The notes under the pieces were generated by a model. The model was not told where the DNA came from and made no database searches. It worked only from the letters and a program-made list of their open reading frames with translations. The position numbers and the translations under genes are program-made. Positions 26,440 through 41,840 of a stretch of 64,000 bases of DNA are shown one piece after another. Within the stretch, counting starts at the first letter, position 1. Each line of letters begins with the position of its first letter. This DNA comes from Eledone cirrhosa (lineage: Eukaryota). The stretch is from NCBI GenBank assembly GCA_964016885.1, contig OZ024740.1:260524001-260588000 (forward strand). Reading direction: 5' to 3'.

Positions 26440-27660
26440 CAAAGGATCGACGTTTGAAAGCCGGAAAGTCATTTCAGAAGTATAAGTATTTGGTAACTTC
26501 TAACGATACTAAGAGGAAGGTACAAAGAGAAATAAGGAAAATGAAGGATGGCTGTTGGCGAGTTAAGTCATCAGTGATTTTGGTAGAAGCAAATAGAAAG
26601 AACGCAAAGCTTATATACAGTTTGATTGGAGACGTATTTGGGTCTCTAATGTCTAGTGTGACACCTATGATGTCTAAAGATGGTAACATTCTTATCAGGG
26701 ATTCTGCTGGGATAATAAAGCCTTGGGAGGAACACTATAGGGATCTGTTCCACAACCCATCTGTGCTGGATGCTACTATAATCAAGAATTTACCCAAATT
26801 TGACATTGCTGAAGAATTGAATAATATTCCATCGATAGAGGAATTTGATGTTGCATTAAGCTAGTTAAATAAAGCTCCAGGTGAAGGTCCAGGTGCAGAC
26901 GGCTTACTTACGGAAGTGCTGGTGTGTTGTGGAGATAGAGTCAAGTAGTTGCTATATGACATATTTATTTCGATTTGGAATGGCCTTCCAATGCTGCAGT
27001 ATTGGACAGATGCAATTACGGCCCCGCTGCACAAATGTAGAAGCAAAAAAGATATTTGTGATGACGTTAGGAGTATTTTCGTTGTAAGGCCAATGTAACA
27101 AGGCATTTACTAGGATTCTTCTGAATAAGCTAATGCATATGCCTACGTATTACACCGGAATCCCAGAGTGGGTTTCCTGCTGGGAGGGGGATGGTTGACA
27201 TGATAGTCACAGCTCATCAAATCTGAGAGAAATATCTTGAGCAATGCGTAAACCTTTTTCGGGTATTCAATAACTTAAATAAGGCATTTGATACCATGAA
27301 TCGGGTAACTTGTCCATGGAAGTGTTGACGTGTCCAGTTTGTAGTCGGATAGTTTTGTCCAAAGTTGGGTACTGAGGACATTTAAATAGACATAGGAAAA
27401 GAAATCGACTGGAATACACAGATCTGCAGGTTACTGATGCTGCATTAATTTGCCGTGTGTGTGGTAAAGTATGCAGGTCTAAGTCAGGCATAAAGCGGCA
27501 CGTCGTTAAAATACATGTAGGTGAATATGTTGCTGTTCTCTTGGTTGCTAATGATAACAAAAGATGACATATTTGTAATATTCAATATAAATCATTTGCT
27601 GGTTTAAGAAACCACAATAAAGCTTGTCATAGTGCCAATGGAACATACTTGTCATGAGTT
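26440..27660 (+). mobile_element. RTE/BovB-like LINE remnant with C2H2-like 3' end
   Basis: IIKPWEEHYRDLF, PSIEEF, GPGADGL, CPVCSR and CRVCGKVCRSKSGIKRH. Confidence 0.7.
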
Positions 27661-27711
27661 AGAAAGTCACCAAACTCGAAATCGAGTAGACAACATCTCA
27701 CACACACACAT

Positions 27712-27749
<38 letters not shown>

Positions 27750-27982
27750 GTGAAAGCAGCGATTCTTTTCTTAAACTTTAATCTGTTCTTATAATAAATA
27801 AATATATATATATAGAAATAGGATTTAGGCTTCAGGCATAGCTTTATACAGATATGTGTAGAAATTTCGTATTTCTAAAGAAACACGGTATGTTTACAGG
27901 GTAAGCATTTAGGAAGCAGTAGCTATGCAAAAAACACCGAGGCTAACGCCCTCTGGTGGTGTCCAGCAGAAGCAGGGGCGAC

Positions 27983-28028
27983 AATTGTCGATGCATTTCA
28001 GACTTAACTGGTCTTCATCAGGACGATC
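27983..28028 (-). ncRNA. Minimal type I hammerhead ribozyme
   Basis: guc CUGAUGA agac-caguuaa-gucu GAAA ugca UC gac. Confidence 0.88.
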
Positions 28029-28744
28029 CCTCCCACGCTTGCGAGTGCTGAAAACAGTCGAGAATATATAGTTTTCTCGTCTGTATAAATGAGGTGATTA
28101 ATCTCATTTGCATATATATATTGCATATATATATTGTGGATTTAGATCGATGCAATGCTAAAGGTATAGAAACCATCACAATCATTCTGGTCTTGTACGT
28201 GCGGAACATCTCAATGATAACACATGCGAGAAAAACTTGTTACAGAGCAAACTCAGTGTAATATGTTCCCAGGAAAGCCTTACCTGGATAGAATATATCG
28301 AGCCATGAAAACAATTCGGTAATTACAAGTATTAACAATTGTGAATCAGCAAATCTGGACTCGAGTTGTGTCAACAACTCGTCCTAATGATAGCAAAAAG
28401 TTCTCGTCATGTCTTGATACAGGCAAAGACAGACTGGCTGCGCGTCCATGTTTGCCTAGACTGCTAAAGAATTTGAAGTTGTTTGGCAAGAGGATGCTAA
28501 AAATAGCAGCACCACGCTCGTCCAATGAAAGCAACTCAACCAATCAAGTCATGGTATTGGGAGTGAAATATAATGGGGGTTGAGATCACTACAAAGCTAA
28601 AGTCATAGTAGGCATCGCAATGATTCAGACTTTGTTATCTGCAGCACTTCTCAATGTTAACACGTACGAAAAGAACCTGTCATAGTGCAAACTCATTGCG
28701 ACTCCAGTACAATAAAACTAGAACTGCAAAAGCCATTTTAATAT

Positions 28745-28945
28745 TAAATAATTGTTTCTACTTTTGGCACAAGGCCAGCAATTATCTCAGAGTATTACTG
28801 GTATTTTATTTTATCGACCCCGTAAGGATGAAAGGCAAAGTTAACCTGGGCGGGATTTGAACTCAGACCATAAAGGGCCCTAACTCTTTGCTGCAAAGCA
28901 TGGCGTCCGACCTTCTACCGATACTGCCAATCCACCGCCCTCTAT
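28745..28945 (-). mobile_element. tRNA-derived SINE
   Basis: B-box gagttcaaatccc followed by aggttaactttgcctttcatccttacggggtcgataaaataaaataccagt. Confidence 0.8.
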
Positions 28946-29024
28946 TATTAAATAATGATGCTTTTACTCTACTAATGCATTGAGTTGCATCTTTAACTGA
29001 GGGCACCCTCCGATTATACTCGAG

Positions 29025-30219
<1,195 letters not shown>

Positions 30220-30336
30220 GACAAACATAGAATATTCTATTCTGTATGTTTATAATAAACATTTTGAAGACCTAATCGCTATAGGATAGAATACGTCACG
30301 TATTACAATTTGAGATTCTCGATAAAAGCAAGGGAA

Positions 30337-30379
30337 GTAACCTACGCGTTTCATTCTTATTAGAAATCTTCAGGATTAC
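30337..30379 (-). ncRNA. Minimal type I hammerhead ribozyme
   Basis: guaauc CUGAAGA u-uucu-aaua-agaa-u GAAA cgcg UA gguuac. Confidence 0.9.
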
Positions 30380-30648
30380 ATATCCAATGCTTTTATCGAG
30401 AATGACACAGCTAGAGACTTATAGAATACTTAGCTGTGTACAGGAACTGGTTTGAAAGAGCGGTTGCCGGTCTGGCAGAAATTAGAATTTGGATTTAATG
30501 CTCTGAAATAGCGATATATATGTGAAGACAAACATAGAATATTCGAAAATATTCTGTATGTTTATAATAAACATTTTGAAGACCTAATCGCTATAGGATA
30601 GAATACGTCACGTATTACAATTTGAGATTCTCGATAAAAGCAAGGGAA

Positions 30649-30691
30649 GTAACCTACGCGTTTCATTCTTATTAGAAATCTTCAGGATTAT
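30649..30691 (-). ncRNA. Minimal type I hammerhead ribozyme (tandem copy)
   Basis: Same motif 312 nt from the first. Confidence 0.9.
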
Positions 30692-30745
30692 ATATCCAAT
30701 GCTTTTATCGAGAATGACACAGCTAGAGATAAAAGCATTGGATAT

Positions 30746-30788
30746 GTAATCCTGAAGATTTCTAATAAGAATGAAACGCGTAGGTTAC
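30746..30788 (+). ncRNA. Minimal type I hammerhead ribozyme (inverted copy)
   Basis: gtaatc ctgaaga tttctaataagaat gaaa cgcg ta ggttac. Confidence 0.9.
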
Positions 30789-30945
30789 TTCCCTTGCTTT
30801 TATCGAGAATCTCAAATTGTAATACGTGACGTATTCTATCCTATAGCGATTAGGTCTTCAAAATGTTTATTATAAACATACAGAATATTTTCGAATATTC
30901 TATGTTTGTCTTCACATATATATCGCTATTTCAGAGCATTAAATC

Positions 30946-31017
<72 letters not shown>

Positions 31018-31217
31018 TAATAATAGATGTGAAGACTAAAATCGGATGCAGGCTCGATAAGGATAATATATATATCAAAATATATGAAACCATAGAGCAA
31101 ATATTTATTTTCGAAGTATTTACTTCTGCGTCTTTACTTCTGATTTTTTTTAGTTTCAGAAGATCCCGTTAGGGGTGAAAGCACGATTCTTTGCTTTAAG
31201 AAAACTTTCATATGTTA

Positions 31218-31264
<47 letters not shown>

Positions 31265-31363
31265 GCGATGAAATACCAATGATTGTTGGCAAATCACTGA
31301 TGAGGGACTCATTTTATAACATGTTATCCATGTGCAACCATGCAGTATTCTTCTCCCCATATT

Positions 31364-31454
<91 letters not shown>

Positions 31455-31817
31455 TAACATATGAAAGTATATATATATATATATATATAAAAGTTAAAAC
31501 AATGAAATAAAAAAATCAAGTCATTAGAGATATACTTCACTGCTTTACGATCATTTCTAGATGATGATAATACATTGTAGCTATACTTCGTTATTGATCT
31601 ATGTAAGGTTAGTTACAAAATATCGGATAAAGAGAATATTTACTTACATGCATTTCACCAGCTGTTTTCAAAAGCAATTGTTTTAACTTATATCATGACT
31701 ATGTTTTCCTTTTAATGTTTTATTGTTTTCCGGTATTTATCTTAACCTACATTTTCAACATATCGATTACATTGAGTTCTTCATGCAGAATAGACCCCAC
31801 AACTTACCGTGGATATC

Positions 31818-31921
<104 letters not shown>

Positions 31922-31969
31922 TGTGTGTGTGTGTGTGTGTGTGTTTATATATATGTGGGTGTGGATGTG

Positions 31970-32007
<38 letters not shown>

Positions 32008-32160
32008 GATCTCGCGTATAATCGTGGGTGCCCACAGTTACAAATGGAACTCAATACATATATATATATATATTGGAAAATGTGTGAGATCCTTGGTACA
32101 GTTAGGTATATTTGAAAAAATGGAAAAGAATGACTTCACTTTTTGTGTTAAAAAATTCAT

Positions 32161-33630
32161 GATGGGATAATATAGTTAGTAGGTGCCTCTAAAGACAAAA
32201 GAGAGATGATTACAGAGAGAGAGAGACAAAGGGGAATAATTTATGTTCAAGTTTATAGACAATTATCCATATATACAATATATATCTAAACTTATTTGGT
32301 TGACTGTTAATATTCAAAATATTTAATTTAAGTTAGTTCAGAGTAATGAATAATATTTTAGGTATTAAAAGTTAATAGATATCCGTATTAATATTATAGT
32401 ATACTATCAAGTTTAATTTCTAAAATTCAAATTTTATGAAATCAAATTTAAAGGATTTACAAACACGAGAAAGAAAATATAATGTTTTTATACCCTCACG
32501 AAGGTAAACTTTACCAAAATTATTTATAATATTGACAACAGTTTATATAATATAATTTATAAAATAATTATAGTTACAATTATTAAAGAATTTATGATTA
32601 ACAATTTGAGTGCCGAAAGGATCACAAATGCTCATTATCGAATTTTAATAGGAAGTCTTCCACTTCTTTATTACAACTTATATGGTCATTAAAAGACAAA
32701 CATTTCAAATACTCGATTTTTTGGACGAAGCTTTGTAATAGTAAAATATACTCGAACTCGTCTATATCAACTAACTGCAAACTCTGCACAAAGGAGACCC
32801 GATTGATAATTACTAATTATGAAAACTTAATTAACAAAAAAAGTGAATTATTCTCAAACTGCCTTCATGTTTGTAAATCCTTTAAATTTGATTTCATAAA
32901 ATTTGTATTTTAGTAATTAAACTTGATAGTATACTATAATATTAATACAGATACATATTAACTTTTAAAACCTAAAATATTATTCATTACTCTTAACTAA
33001 CTTAAATTAAATATTTTGAATATTAACGGTCAACCAAATAAGTTTAAATATATATTGTATATATGGATAATTGTCTATAAACTTGAACATAAATTATTCC
33101 TCTTTGTCTCTCTCACTCTCTGTAATCATCTCTCTTTTGTCTTTAGAGGCACCTACTAACTATATTATCCCATCAGCTGTTCCTCCTCTATGCTTTACTT
33201 TCTTTCCTCTTTCTTCAGTAATTAAAATTTTTTTTAACAGTTATATTGATGCCATGTATTTTTTAAGCTGTATTACACGCACCCTCTCTATTGTATGTAT
33301 TATATATTTTTCTCATGTTCTCAACATTAAGGTATATAAATATTGAGTTTTGTCATATATTACTCACTACCATGACTGAATCTTAACCATCTACTATGTC
33401 AGGGTATGTCATGCATCATCTTATTTTATCTGATGAGGACGTACTGTTGAACTTAACTCAGTACCTCTGAAATATGTATAATAAAATATACTTGATCACA
33501 AGAATATCTATTTTGTTAATATTTTGAATTAATATTAATAACTCTGGAAAACCTTTCTCTGTTGAGTGCTTCCAATCTATTGTAAAACCCATTCTTTGAT
33601 TTATTCATTAAACCTTGTTTAACTTTTAAA
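32161..33630 (+). mobile_element. 5'-truncated PLE with inverted segment
   Basis: 32161-32466 is the reverse complement of 32868-33174; degraded endonuclease C-terminus (NKKSELFSNCLH); hammerhead in the 3' region. Confidence 0.75.
33422..33488 (+). ncRNA. Type I hammerhead ribozyme in PLE 3' region
   Basis: uauuuuau CUGAUGA ggacguacug...caguaccucu GAAA uaugua UA auaaaaua. Confidence 0.85.
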
Positions 33631-33805
33631 TATATATATATATATATGTTATATATATATGTTATATATATATCTATCTCTCTCTATATATATATATAAA
33701 GATCTACATATACACAAACTAGACAAAGTCAGATATATATATGTGTTTTGGCAACCATTCACGATGTGGCTCAATGAACAATTAATAAATTAAATAATTA
33801 GACCA

Positions 33806-34370
33806 ATATACTATAAAGTATGTCCATAGAATCATTTGATAATATATATACACCATTTCCTCTCCCAATTAGCATAATTAACCATACAAAAAATCAATTA
33901 GACCAGGCTATAAGATTAAAAGGCACCTATGAAGAAACAGTAAATAAATAAACGACAGCAATCTCTTCGCGGCCAACCGCCATATAATTTTACCCAACAT
34001 TTCAACAGCACGTGGAAATCGATTAAATATACCGTCAACCATAAACAATTAGATATAAAATTACTGTTAGAATAAATGCTTATACACATACCATGATTAT
34101 ATCCTTACCCTCGGGTGTCGTTCGCATTTTGATATATCCTATTAAGGATAAAATCTCGAGATTCGAACTCATCAGGAGACAAACTCGTTAGGACAGAATA
34201 TTTTCTAAAGTCGTCCCCGATTGCTGTCGTTTATTTATCTACTGTTTCTTCATAGGTGCCTTTTAATCTTATAGCCTGGTCTAATTGATTTTTTGTATGG
34301 TTAATTATGCTAATTGGGAGAGGAAATGGTGTATATATATTATCAAATGATTCTATGGACATACTTTATA

Positions 34371-34376
<6 letters not shown>
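33806..34376. repeat. Fold-back with 158-bp arms enclosing a damaged hammerhead (34100-34181, minus, GAAA>GACA)
   Basis: 33806-33963 is the reverse complement of 34219-34376. Confidence 0.8.
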
Positions 34377-34458
<82 letters not shown>

Positions 34459-34463
<5 letters not shown>

Positions 34464-35094
34464 TATTGAAGTTTGCTTGAAGCATTGTGGAATAATAAGT
34501 AAATATCTTTAAGTCGTTTGGAAGCCTCGACAATGCAAATGAGTAAATCTCCGGGTAACAAGATCCGGTGGTGGAGAGAGAGATGTAAGTGGGTGTACGT
34601 TGAGATGCGTGGTGTGTATGAGATGTGTAGAAGAATGAAGGAAAGAGTATAAAGGATAAATTTAAAATAACAACACGAGAGAGAGTTACCTTGGGAGAGA
34701 TTTAATAGTCCCTATATATTTCGGATTCACATCCATCAACTGGGGTTTTTTCCGAGGTGGGGGAAAGGTTGTCTGTCGGACAGGTGCGAACGCGTCCTCC
34801 GCTGTTTGTTGTTTTGAATATCTGAGGTATTCGGCAGAGCGAGCGTGCGCGTGAAATGGGGTCGGTCGGGCAGAGGTCAGCGGCCGAATGAGGCAGTGGG
34901 GTGGCGCTAGCTGTCAGTCCATTCTCTGCCTGTTTGTTAAATGTTACTGTGTGTGTGTGTGCGTGTGTTGTTGTCTCGCTTGAGTGTGTGTGTGTGCGCG
35001 AGTGTTGTTGCCTTGTTCCTCTGTATTGGCAGTGTAGTATGTTCGTATGGTGGAATGCTACTGTGTGTGTGTGCGTGTGTGTGTGTAGTTGTCT

Positions 35095-35136
<42 letters not shown>

Positions 35137-37321
35137 TGTTCCTGCATCGTTTGTTAGCTTAAACCAGCCATCTCATTTCGCTTCTCTCTGATCGGTTGTT
35201 TATTTGCGGTTGCATGCGTTTAATAAAAAGCGCTTCCTTGATACGTAACGTGCCGACGTTTCTTTCAGTCGCTAGAATTGTGACAATGGGCCTTCCGTCT
35301 TTGTTTCCGCATTTGTCTATGTGTTTCCGGAAAGACGAGGCCCTGGTTTTAGTGTGTTCCTTGATCCGGATGTGCAAAGGTCGGATTGTGCTACCTATGT
35401 AGTATTGGTTGCACCTGTCACATTCTATCTTATACACGACGTATGTGCGTAGGCAACAGTTCGCATGGCGTATCGGGCAGTCTCTGAGGGAGCATGCGTC
35501 AGTAGATTTCCCGGGTTTCCTGGAGAGGCATCTTCGCAGGGAGGGGCCCGAGTGGGCCAGGTGGATGTCGACGCCCTCCCTCCGTATAGCCTTGCGGATA
35601 GCGTTGGTGGTATCCTCGCCCAGGTGTGGCATTTTAAGGAAGCACTTTCCTTGGGTGCCTCTCTGTCTCTTGCGTCTGGCGTCTCCTATTCTGTCTGTGA
35701 TCGAGGTAGGGTACCCGTTCGTCTCCAGCACCTCGAGGAACCGCTTGGTATGAGTGACACCACTCGCGGGATCGCTGCATCTGTTTTTGATATCCTCATC
35801 CTCATATCTTCCCAAGACACGGCGTACAGAATCTATGAGACGTTCAACAACACGGACGAGAACATTGACTTCAACGTTGAACACCCCAACGAAGACGGGT
35901 CACTTGCCCTCCTCGACTTCCGAATCAAAATCACGGAACAGGGAAGGATCCACTGCAACTTCTACCGAAAGGCAGCCTGCAGGGACCTGTTCGTTCACTA
36001 CAAGTCCGCCCTCCCAAACAGTGCCAAAAGAGGATACATCACGTACGAGATCGCGCGAATCAAAAACAGATGCAGCGATCCCGCGAGTGGTGTCACTCAT
36101 ACCAAGCGATTCCTCGAGGTGCTGGAGACGAACGGGTACCCTACCTCGATCACAGACAGAATAGGAGACACCAGACGCAAGAGACAGAGAGGCACCCAAG
36201 GCAAGTGCTTCCTTAAAATGCCACACCTGGGCGAGAATACCACCAACGCTATCCGCAAGGCTATACGGAGGGAGGGCCTCGACATCCACTTGGCCCACTT
36301 GGGCCTCTCTCTGCGAAGATGCCTCTCCAAGAAACCCGGGAAATCTACTGACGCATGCTCCCCCAGAGACTGCCCGATACGCCATGCGAACTGTTGCCTA
36401 CGCACATACGTCGTGTATAAGATAGAATGTGACAGGTGCAACCAATACTACATAGGTAGCACAATCCGACCTTTGCACATCCGGATCAAGGAACACACTA
36501 AAACCAGAGCCTCATCTTTCCGGAAACACATAGACAAATGCGGAAACATAGACGGAAGGCCCATTGTCACAATTCTAGCGACTGAAAGAAACGTCGGCAC
36601 GTTATGTATCAAGGAAGCGCTTTTTATCAAACGCCTGCAACCACAAATAAACAACCGATCAGAGAGAAGCGAAATGAGATGGCTGGTTTAAGCTATCAAA
36701 CGATGCAGAAACACATGCACACACACACACGCACAATCGAGACAACTACACACACACAGTAGCATTCCACCATACGAACATACTACACTGCCAATACAGA
36801 GGAACAAGGCAACAACACTCGCACACACACACACACACTCAAGTGAGACAACACACGCACACACACACACAGTAACATTTAACAAACAGGCAGAGAATGG
36901 ACTGACAGCTAGCGCCACCCCACTGCCTCATTCGGCCGCTGACCTCTGCCCGACCGACCCCATTTCACGCGCACGCGCGCTCTGCCGAATACCTCAGATA
37001 TTCAAAACAACAAACAGCGGAGGACGCGTTTCGCACCTGTCCGACTGACAACCTTTCCCCCACCTTGGAAAACCCCCCAGTTGATGGATGTGAATCCGAA
37101 ATATATAGGGACTATTAAATCTCTCCCAAGGTAACTCTCTCTCGTGTTGTTATTTTTATTTTATCTTTTATACTTTTTCCTTCATTCTTCTACACATCTC
37201 ATACACACCACGCATCTCAACGTACACCCACTTACATCTCTCTCTCCACCACCGGATCTTGTTACCCGGAGATTTACCCATTTTCATTGTCGAGGCTTCC
37301 AAACGACTTAAAGATATTTAC
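34459..37321. mobile_element. PLE with CCHH-type GIY-YIG (Nematis-like), 5'-truncated, with an approximately 1.3-kb inverted copy
   Basis: 34459-35791 is the reverse complement of 36059-37321 plus a 40-nt tail; flanked by (TA)n. Confidence 0.92.
35789..36691 (+). pseudogene. PLE RT C-terminus, thumb and GIY-YIG endonuclease (open but 5'-truncated)
   Basis: LALLDFRI, FYRKAA, HYKSALP, VVYKIECDRCNQYYIGST.R.L..R..EH, KEALFI..PQIN. Confidence 0.92.
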
Positions 37322-37412
<91 letters not shown>

Positions 37413-37470
37413 TATATATATATGTTATACATATATAACACATATATATATATATATATATGTATGTGTG

Positions 37471-37504
<34 letters not shown>

Positions 37505-37527
37505 CAAATATATATATATATATATAT

Positions 37528-40500
37528 ATATACGATATTAACAAATGGAAACTATATTTATAAAACCATATCTATTTTATTATACATATTTCAAGGATAC
37601 CATGTTAAATTATGGTATGCTTTAAACAGACAAAATACAATATATATCAGTTTTATAAATAAATATTGACATACCCTTTCAAAATGCAACCGTTACTTTT
37701 GGAAGACATCAGGGATAGTGGATTTGTTTACTTATATTAGTAAGTCGTTGTGTTACGGAGAAGGAAAAAGACGGAGAGAGAGAAAGGCGGAGAGAGAAAG
37801 GCGGAGAGAGAAAGGGAGAAATAAAGAAAGAAAAAGAAAAAAAGAAAAAAGAGAAAAACGAAAGAGAGATATCAAAACACCAGACAGAGAGAAAAAAATC
37901 GAGAGAGAGAAATATAGAGATAGAGAGAAGGGGAGAGAACGAAAACCTTAAGTCATGTCATATTAAGTTAAGTTAACAATTGAGATGAAATGAATAAATA
38001 AAATTAGAAATATTAATATTCATGAATGGAATATACATATATAATATGAGAAATTAATCATTGTTTAACTATGATTAGATATTTAGTTTAAAAATTGAGA
38101 TCAATATATTAAAAATTGGAATTTAAACATTAAGAATCTATATATTGCTAGAGAAATTACATATCATATAACACGTACACACACGCAAAAATAAACATAA
38201 ATATATATATACACACACTCAGAAAATACACATCATATCTACCCCCGTATATAATATATACATACAAAGCATAAATGATTTTTTTTATTAAACTGATTTA
38301 CCAGTCAGATTAATTGCACCATCTAAATCTGACCTTGGCAGACTTAACAAAAATATTCTAGACAGAATAATACCACAAATTAAGAATTTACCTAATTTAT
38401 CTTACTTAAAATTATGGAAAGGAGCTAGTGAGGTTATCGATTGGTTTAAAGAAATTAAATATAACTATAATAATAAGTGTATTCAGTTGGATATTGCTAA
38501 CTACTACTCATCTATCACTCCTAATCTACTGAATAAGCCACTAACTTACGCATTTAAACATACAGACATAACTAGCAATGAAATGCACATTATATTATCG
38601 GCACGGAAAACATTAATAGAATTTAATAACCAACTCTGGACTAGGGCAGATAGAAATAATAATTTCGACATAACTATGGGATCTTCAGACTCAGCTCGGG
38701 TAACGGACTTGTGGGCCTATTTATAATTAATTCTCTACATAGAAAAATACCAGGTGTAACCGGAGGTTTATATCGTGACGACATGCTTTTACTTATAGAA
38801 AATAATAGCTGTGAACTAAATAGAAAAAGAAAACAAATTATACAATTTTTTAATTACCTTAATCTAAAAGTAGAAATAGAGAATAACCATAAAATAGTCA
38901 ATTTTCTAGATGTAACACTAAATCTTAACACATGTCTTCATTATCCATTTCACAAACTAAATGAGAACTTAAATTATGTCAATTTTAACTCTAATCACCC
39001 CAGATCCGTTAAAAATACTATAGTGAACTCTGTACAAGAACGAATTTCGAGAATTTCATCTAATAAGAATATATTTGATGAAAAAGCGCATTATTACAAC
39101 GATGCGTTAGGTAGAGCTGGGTATAGAAATAAAATTAAATACATCGATAATAGTAATAATATAAAAACTAACCAAAATAATAACAATTTTAACTATGGTA
39201 AGAATTTTAACAACTATAATAGAAAACATTACAATAATTCCGAAAGCCGAAAAAGAAATAGAACTAGGAACATAGTATGGTTCGCTCCTCCTTTCTCACT
39301 AAATATTAAAACCCCTATTGCTAAACTATTCTTTAAAGCTCTTGACAAACGCTTCCCTAGAATACATAGATATTACTCAATTTTTAATAGACATACTATA
39401 AAATTAACTTACTCTTCCACCAAAAATTTAGCGCAAAATATTAATAGAATTAATAATAGAAATTTAAAACCTAACCAAAATACCAATAATAACCCAAGCA
39501 ATATTCAATCGAATAATTGTAACTGTAGAAATAAATCCAACTGTCCGTTAAATAACAACTGCTTAGCTAATTTAAATTCATTTAATTATGTCGGATCTAC
39601 CTCCACAGAGTTTAAATCCCGCTTCAATAATCATAAAAATTATTTTACAGATCCAAACAAAAAATCTTCAACGTCGCTATCTAGCTTATTATGGGACCTA
39701 AAACGAGATAATGTTGAATATTCGCTGATTTGGAATATTATTTCAAAAGCTACTCCTTTTAATTCCTCTTCAGAAAATTGCGATCTTTGTATAGAGGAAA
39801 TATTCTTTATATTAAAGACCAAAAATTCCCTGAATTTAAGGAATAATTTATTCAGTTGCTGCAGACATAGATTGAACTCAACGTTTAAATATAAATATAA
39901 ATTTAAAATGTAGTATAATTAATTAAGTAATTTGGTTAATATATGAAACCTGTCGATAAATCATTAGATTCCTTCATCTTTTTCATTTTCTTTGGTTAAG
40001 TACTCAAGTATAAATAAATTGTCTTCCTAAATATAAATTTAAATATAATAAACGATTCTAGAGAAATATATCGAGAGCTCTTGAAAGGAGAAAATATTTC
40101 CTATTTCTTATTTTTTATATTTTTTATATTTTTTATATTTTTTATATTTTATATATTTTTTATATTTTTTATATCTTTTATATTTTTTATATTTTTCATA
40201 TTTTATTTATTTTTTATTAGGTTTGCTTTTATTCTGATAGCTTCTCATAATTTTCGAAAGTTTATCCTTTCAATATCTTGAGTAAAATATACGTAAGATA
40301 AATTTCTATACTAAATCTATTAAACATATTATTTTAACTTAAAATATTCTATAATATTTTAAAATATTTTAATATTTTAATATTTTAGAATTCTTTTGTT
40401 TTTAAGTTATATTGATATAATTATATTTCCAAAATATAATCCTTTTGTATTTTATGTACTCAATTATACTATGTACTATATTGATGTATACTTATCTCTA

Positions 40501-41534
40501 TACGTGTATGTATGTATATGTGTATATTAACATACATATACATGTGTTATATGCATTTTTATGAATATATGTCTGTCTGTATATATGCATGCGTGACGCG
40601 TGTCTACCAATTGGCTGAGAATGCACACACATGTTTATATATATATATGTAAGAATTGTGTGTACATGTACATGTGTACCCATACAATTTGATTGCAGAT
40701 AGACATAATTAACAGCCATAAATGCATGACAGCTAATCTTATATATTTATATATTTATATTAAACATTTTTATTTAATAACACAAAGAATGTATAACATT
40801 AATAAAAAAAATCATTTATGCTTTGTATGTATATATTATATACGGGGGTAGATATGATGTGTATTTTCTGAGTGTGTGTATATATATATTTATGTTTATT
40901 TTTGCGTGTGTGTACGTGTTATATGATATGTAATTTCTCTAGCAATATATAGATTTCTTAATGTTTAAATTCCAATTTTTAATATATTGATCTCAATTTT
41001 TAAACTAAATATCTAATCATAGTTAAACAATGATTAATTTCTCATATTATATATGTATATTCCATTCATGAATATTAATATTTCTAATTTTATTTATTCA
41101 TTTCATCTCAATTGTTAACTTAACTTAATATGACATGACTTAAGGTTTTCGTTCTCTCCCCTTCTCTCTATCTCTATATTTCTCTCTCTCGATTTTTTTC
41201 TCTCTGTCTGGTGTTTTGATATCTCTCTTTCGTTTTTCTCTTTTTTCTTTTTTTCTTTTTCTTTCTTTATTTCTCCCTTTCTCTCTCCGCCTTTCTCTCT
41301 CTCCGTCTTTTTCCTTCTCCGTAACACAACGACTTACTAATATAAGTAAACAAATCCACTATCCCTGATGTCTTCCAAAAGTAACGGTTGCATTTTGAAA
41401 GGGTATGTCAATATTTATTTATAAAACTGGTATATATTGTATTTTGTCTGATGAAAGCATACCATAATTTAACATGGTATAATAAAATAGATATGGTTTT
41501 ATAAATATAGTTTCCATTTGTTAATATCGTATAT
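37528..41534 (+). mobile_element. PLE (Hydra-clade-like), 5'-truncated, with a 760-bp inverted pseudo-LTR
   Basis: 37528-38291 is the reverse complement of 40799-41534; RT/EN body in between. Confidence 0.9.
38292..39913 (+). pseudogene. PLE RT plus GIY-YIG ORF, frameshift near 38705
   Basis: VRLIAP, LDIANYYSSI, FDITMGS, LYRDD, NFLDV, SNHP, WFAPPFS, CNCRNKSNCPL, YVGST..FKSRF.NH, CDLC, CRH. Confidence 0.9.
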
Positions 41535-41616
41535 TTACTCGAAATACTTGTCGAGTGCTTTTTATCAGTTATAAAAATATTTGGTTGTTGTATCCCAACA
41601 ATTTAAATAGAACTTT

Positions 41617-41650
<34 letters not shown>

Positions 41651-41668
41651 ATATATGTAACATATATG

Positions 41669-41782
<114 letters not shown>

Positions 41783-41840
41783 TATATATATATATGTTAT
41801 ATATATATATGTTTTATGTATATATAATATATATATATAT

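Larger units (their letters stand above)
30217..30950. mobile_element. Non-coding 312-nt retrozyme-like unit: about 1.65 tandem copies plus an inverted segment, in (TA)n
   Basis: gaagacaaacatag at 30217 and 30524; 30728-30950 is the reverse complement of 30487-30709; three hammerheads. Confidence 0.85.

Noticed and set aside
31265-31312. GAAA...tgatt/aatca CTGATGA, possible type II hammerhead
   Set aside because: No UH at the cleavage position and no stem II pairing
35465-35788. N-terminal part of the 408-aa ORF (and of the 241-aa minus ORF) suggesting a novel fusion protein
   Set aside because: Antisense read-through across the PLE inversion junction at about 35790
37285-37321. Hairpin followed by TTAAA, resembling a pistol ribozyme start
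   Set aside because: No pseudoknot partner, P2 or P3 found
34459-41534. Long inverted repeats as sequencing fold-back artefacts
   Set aside because: Arms differ by many substitutions and indels and have unique spacers and tails, as expected for real PLE insertions
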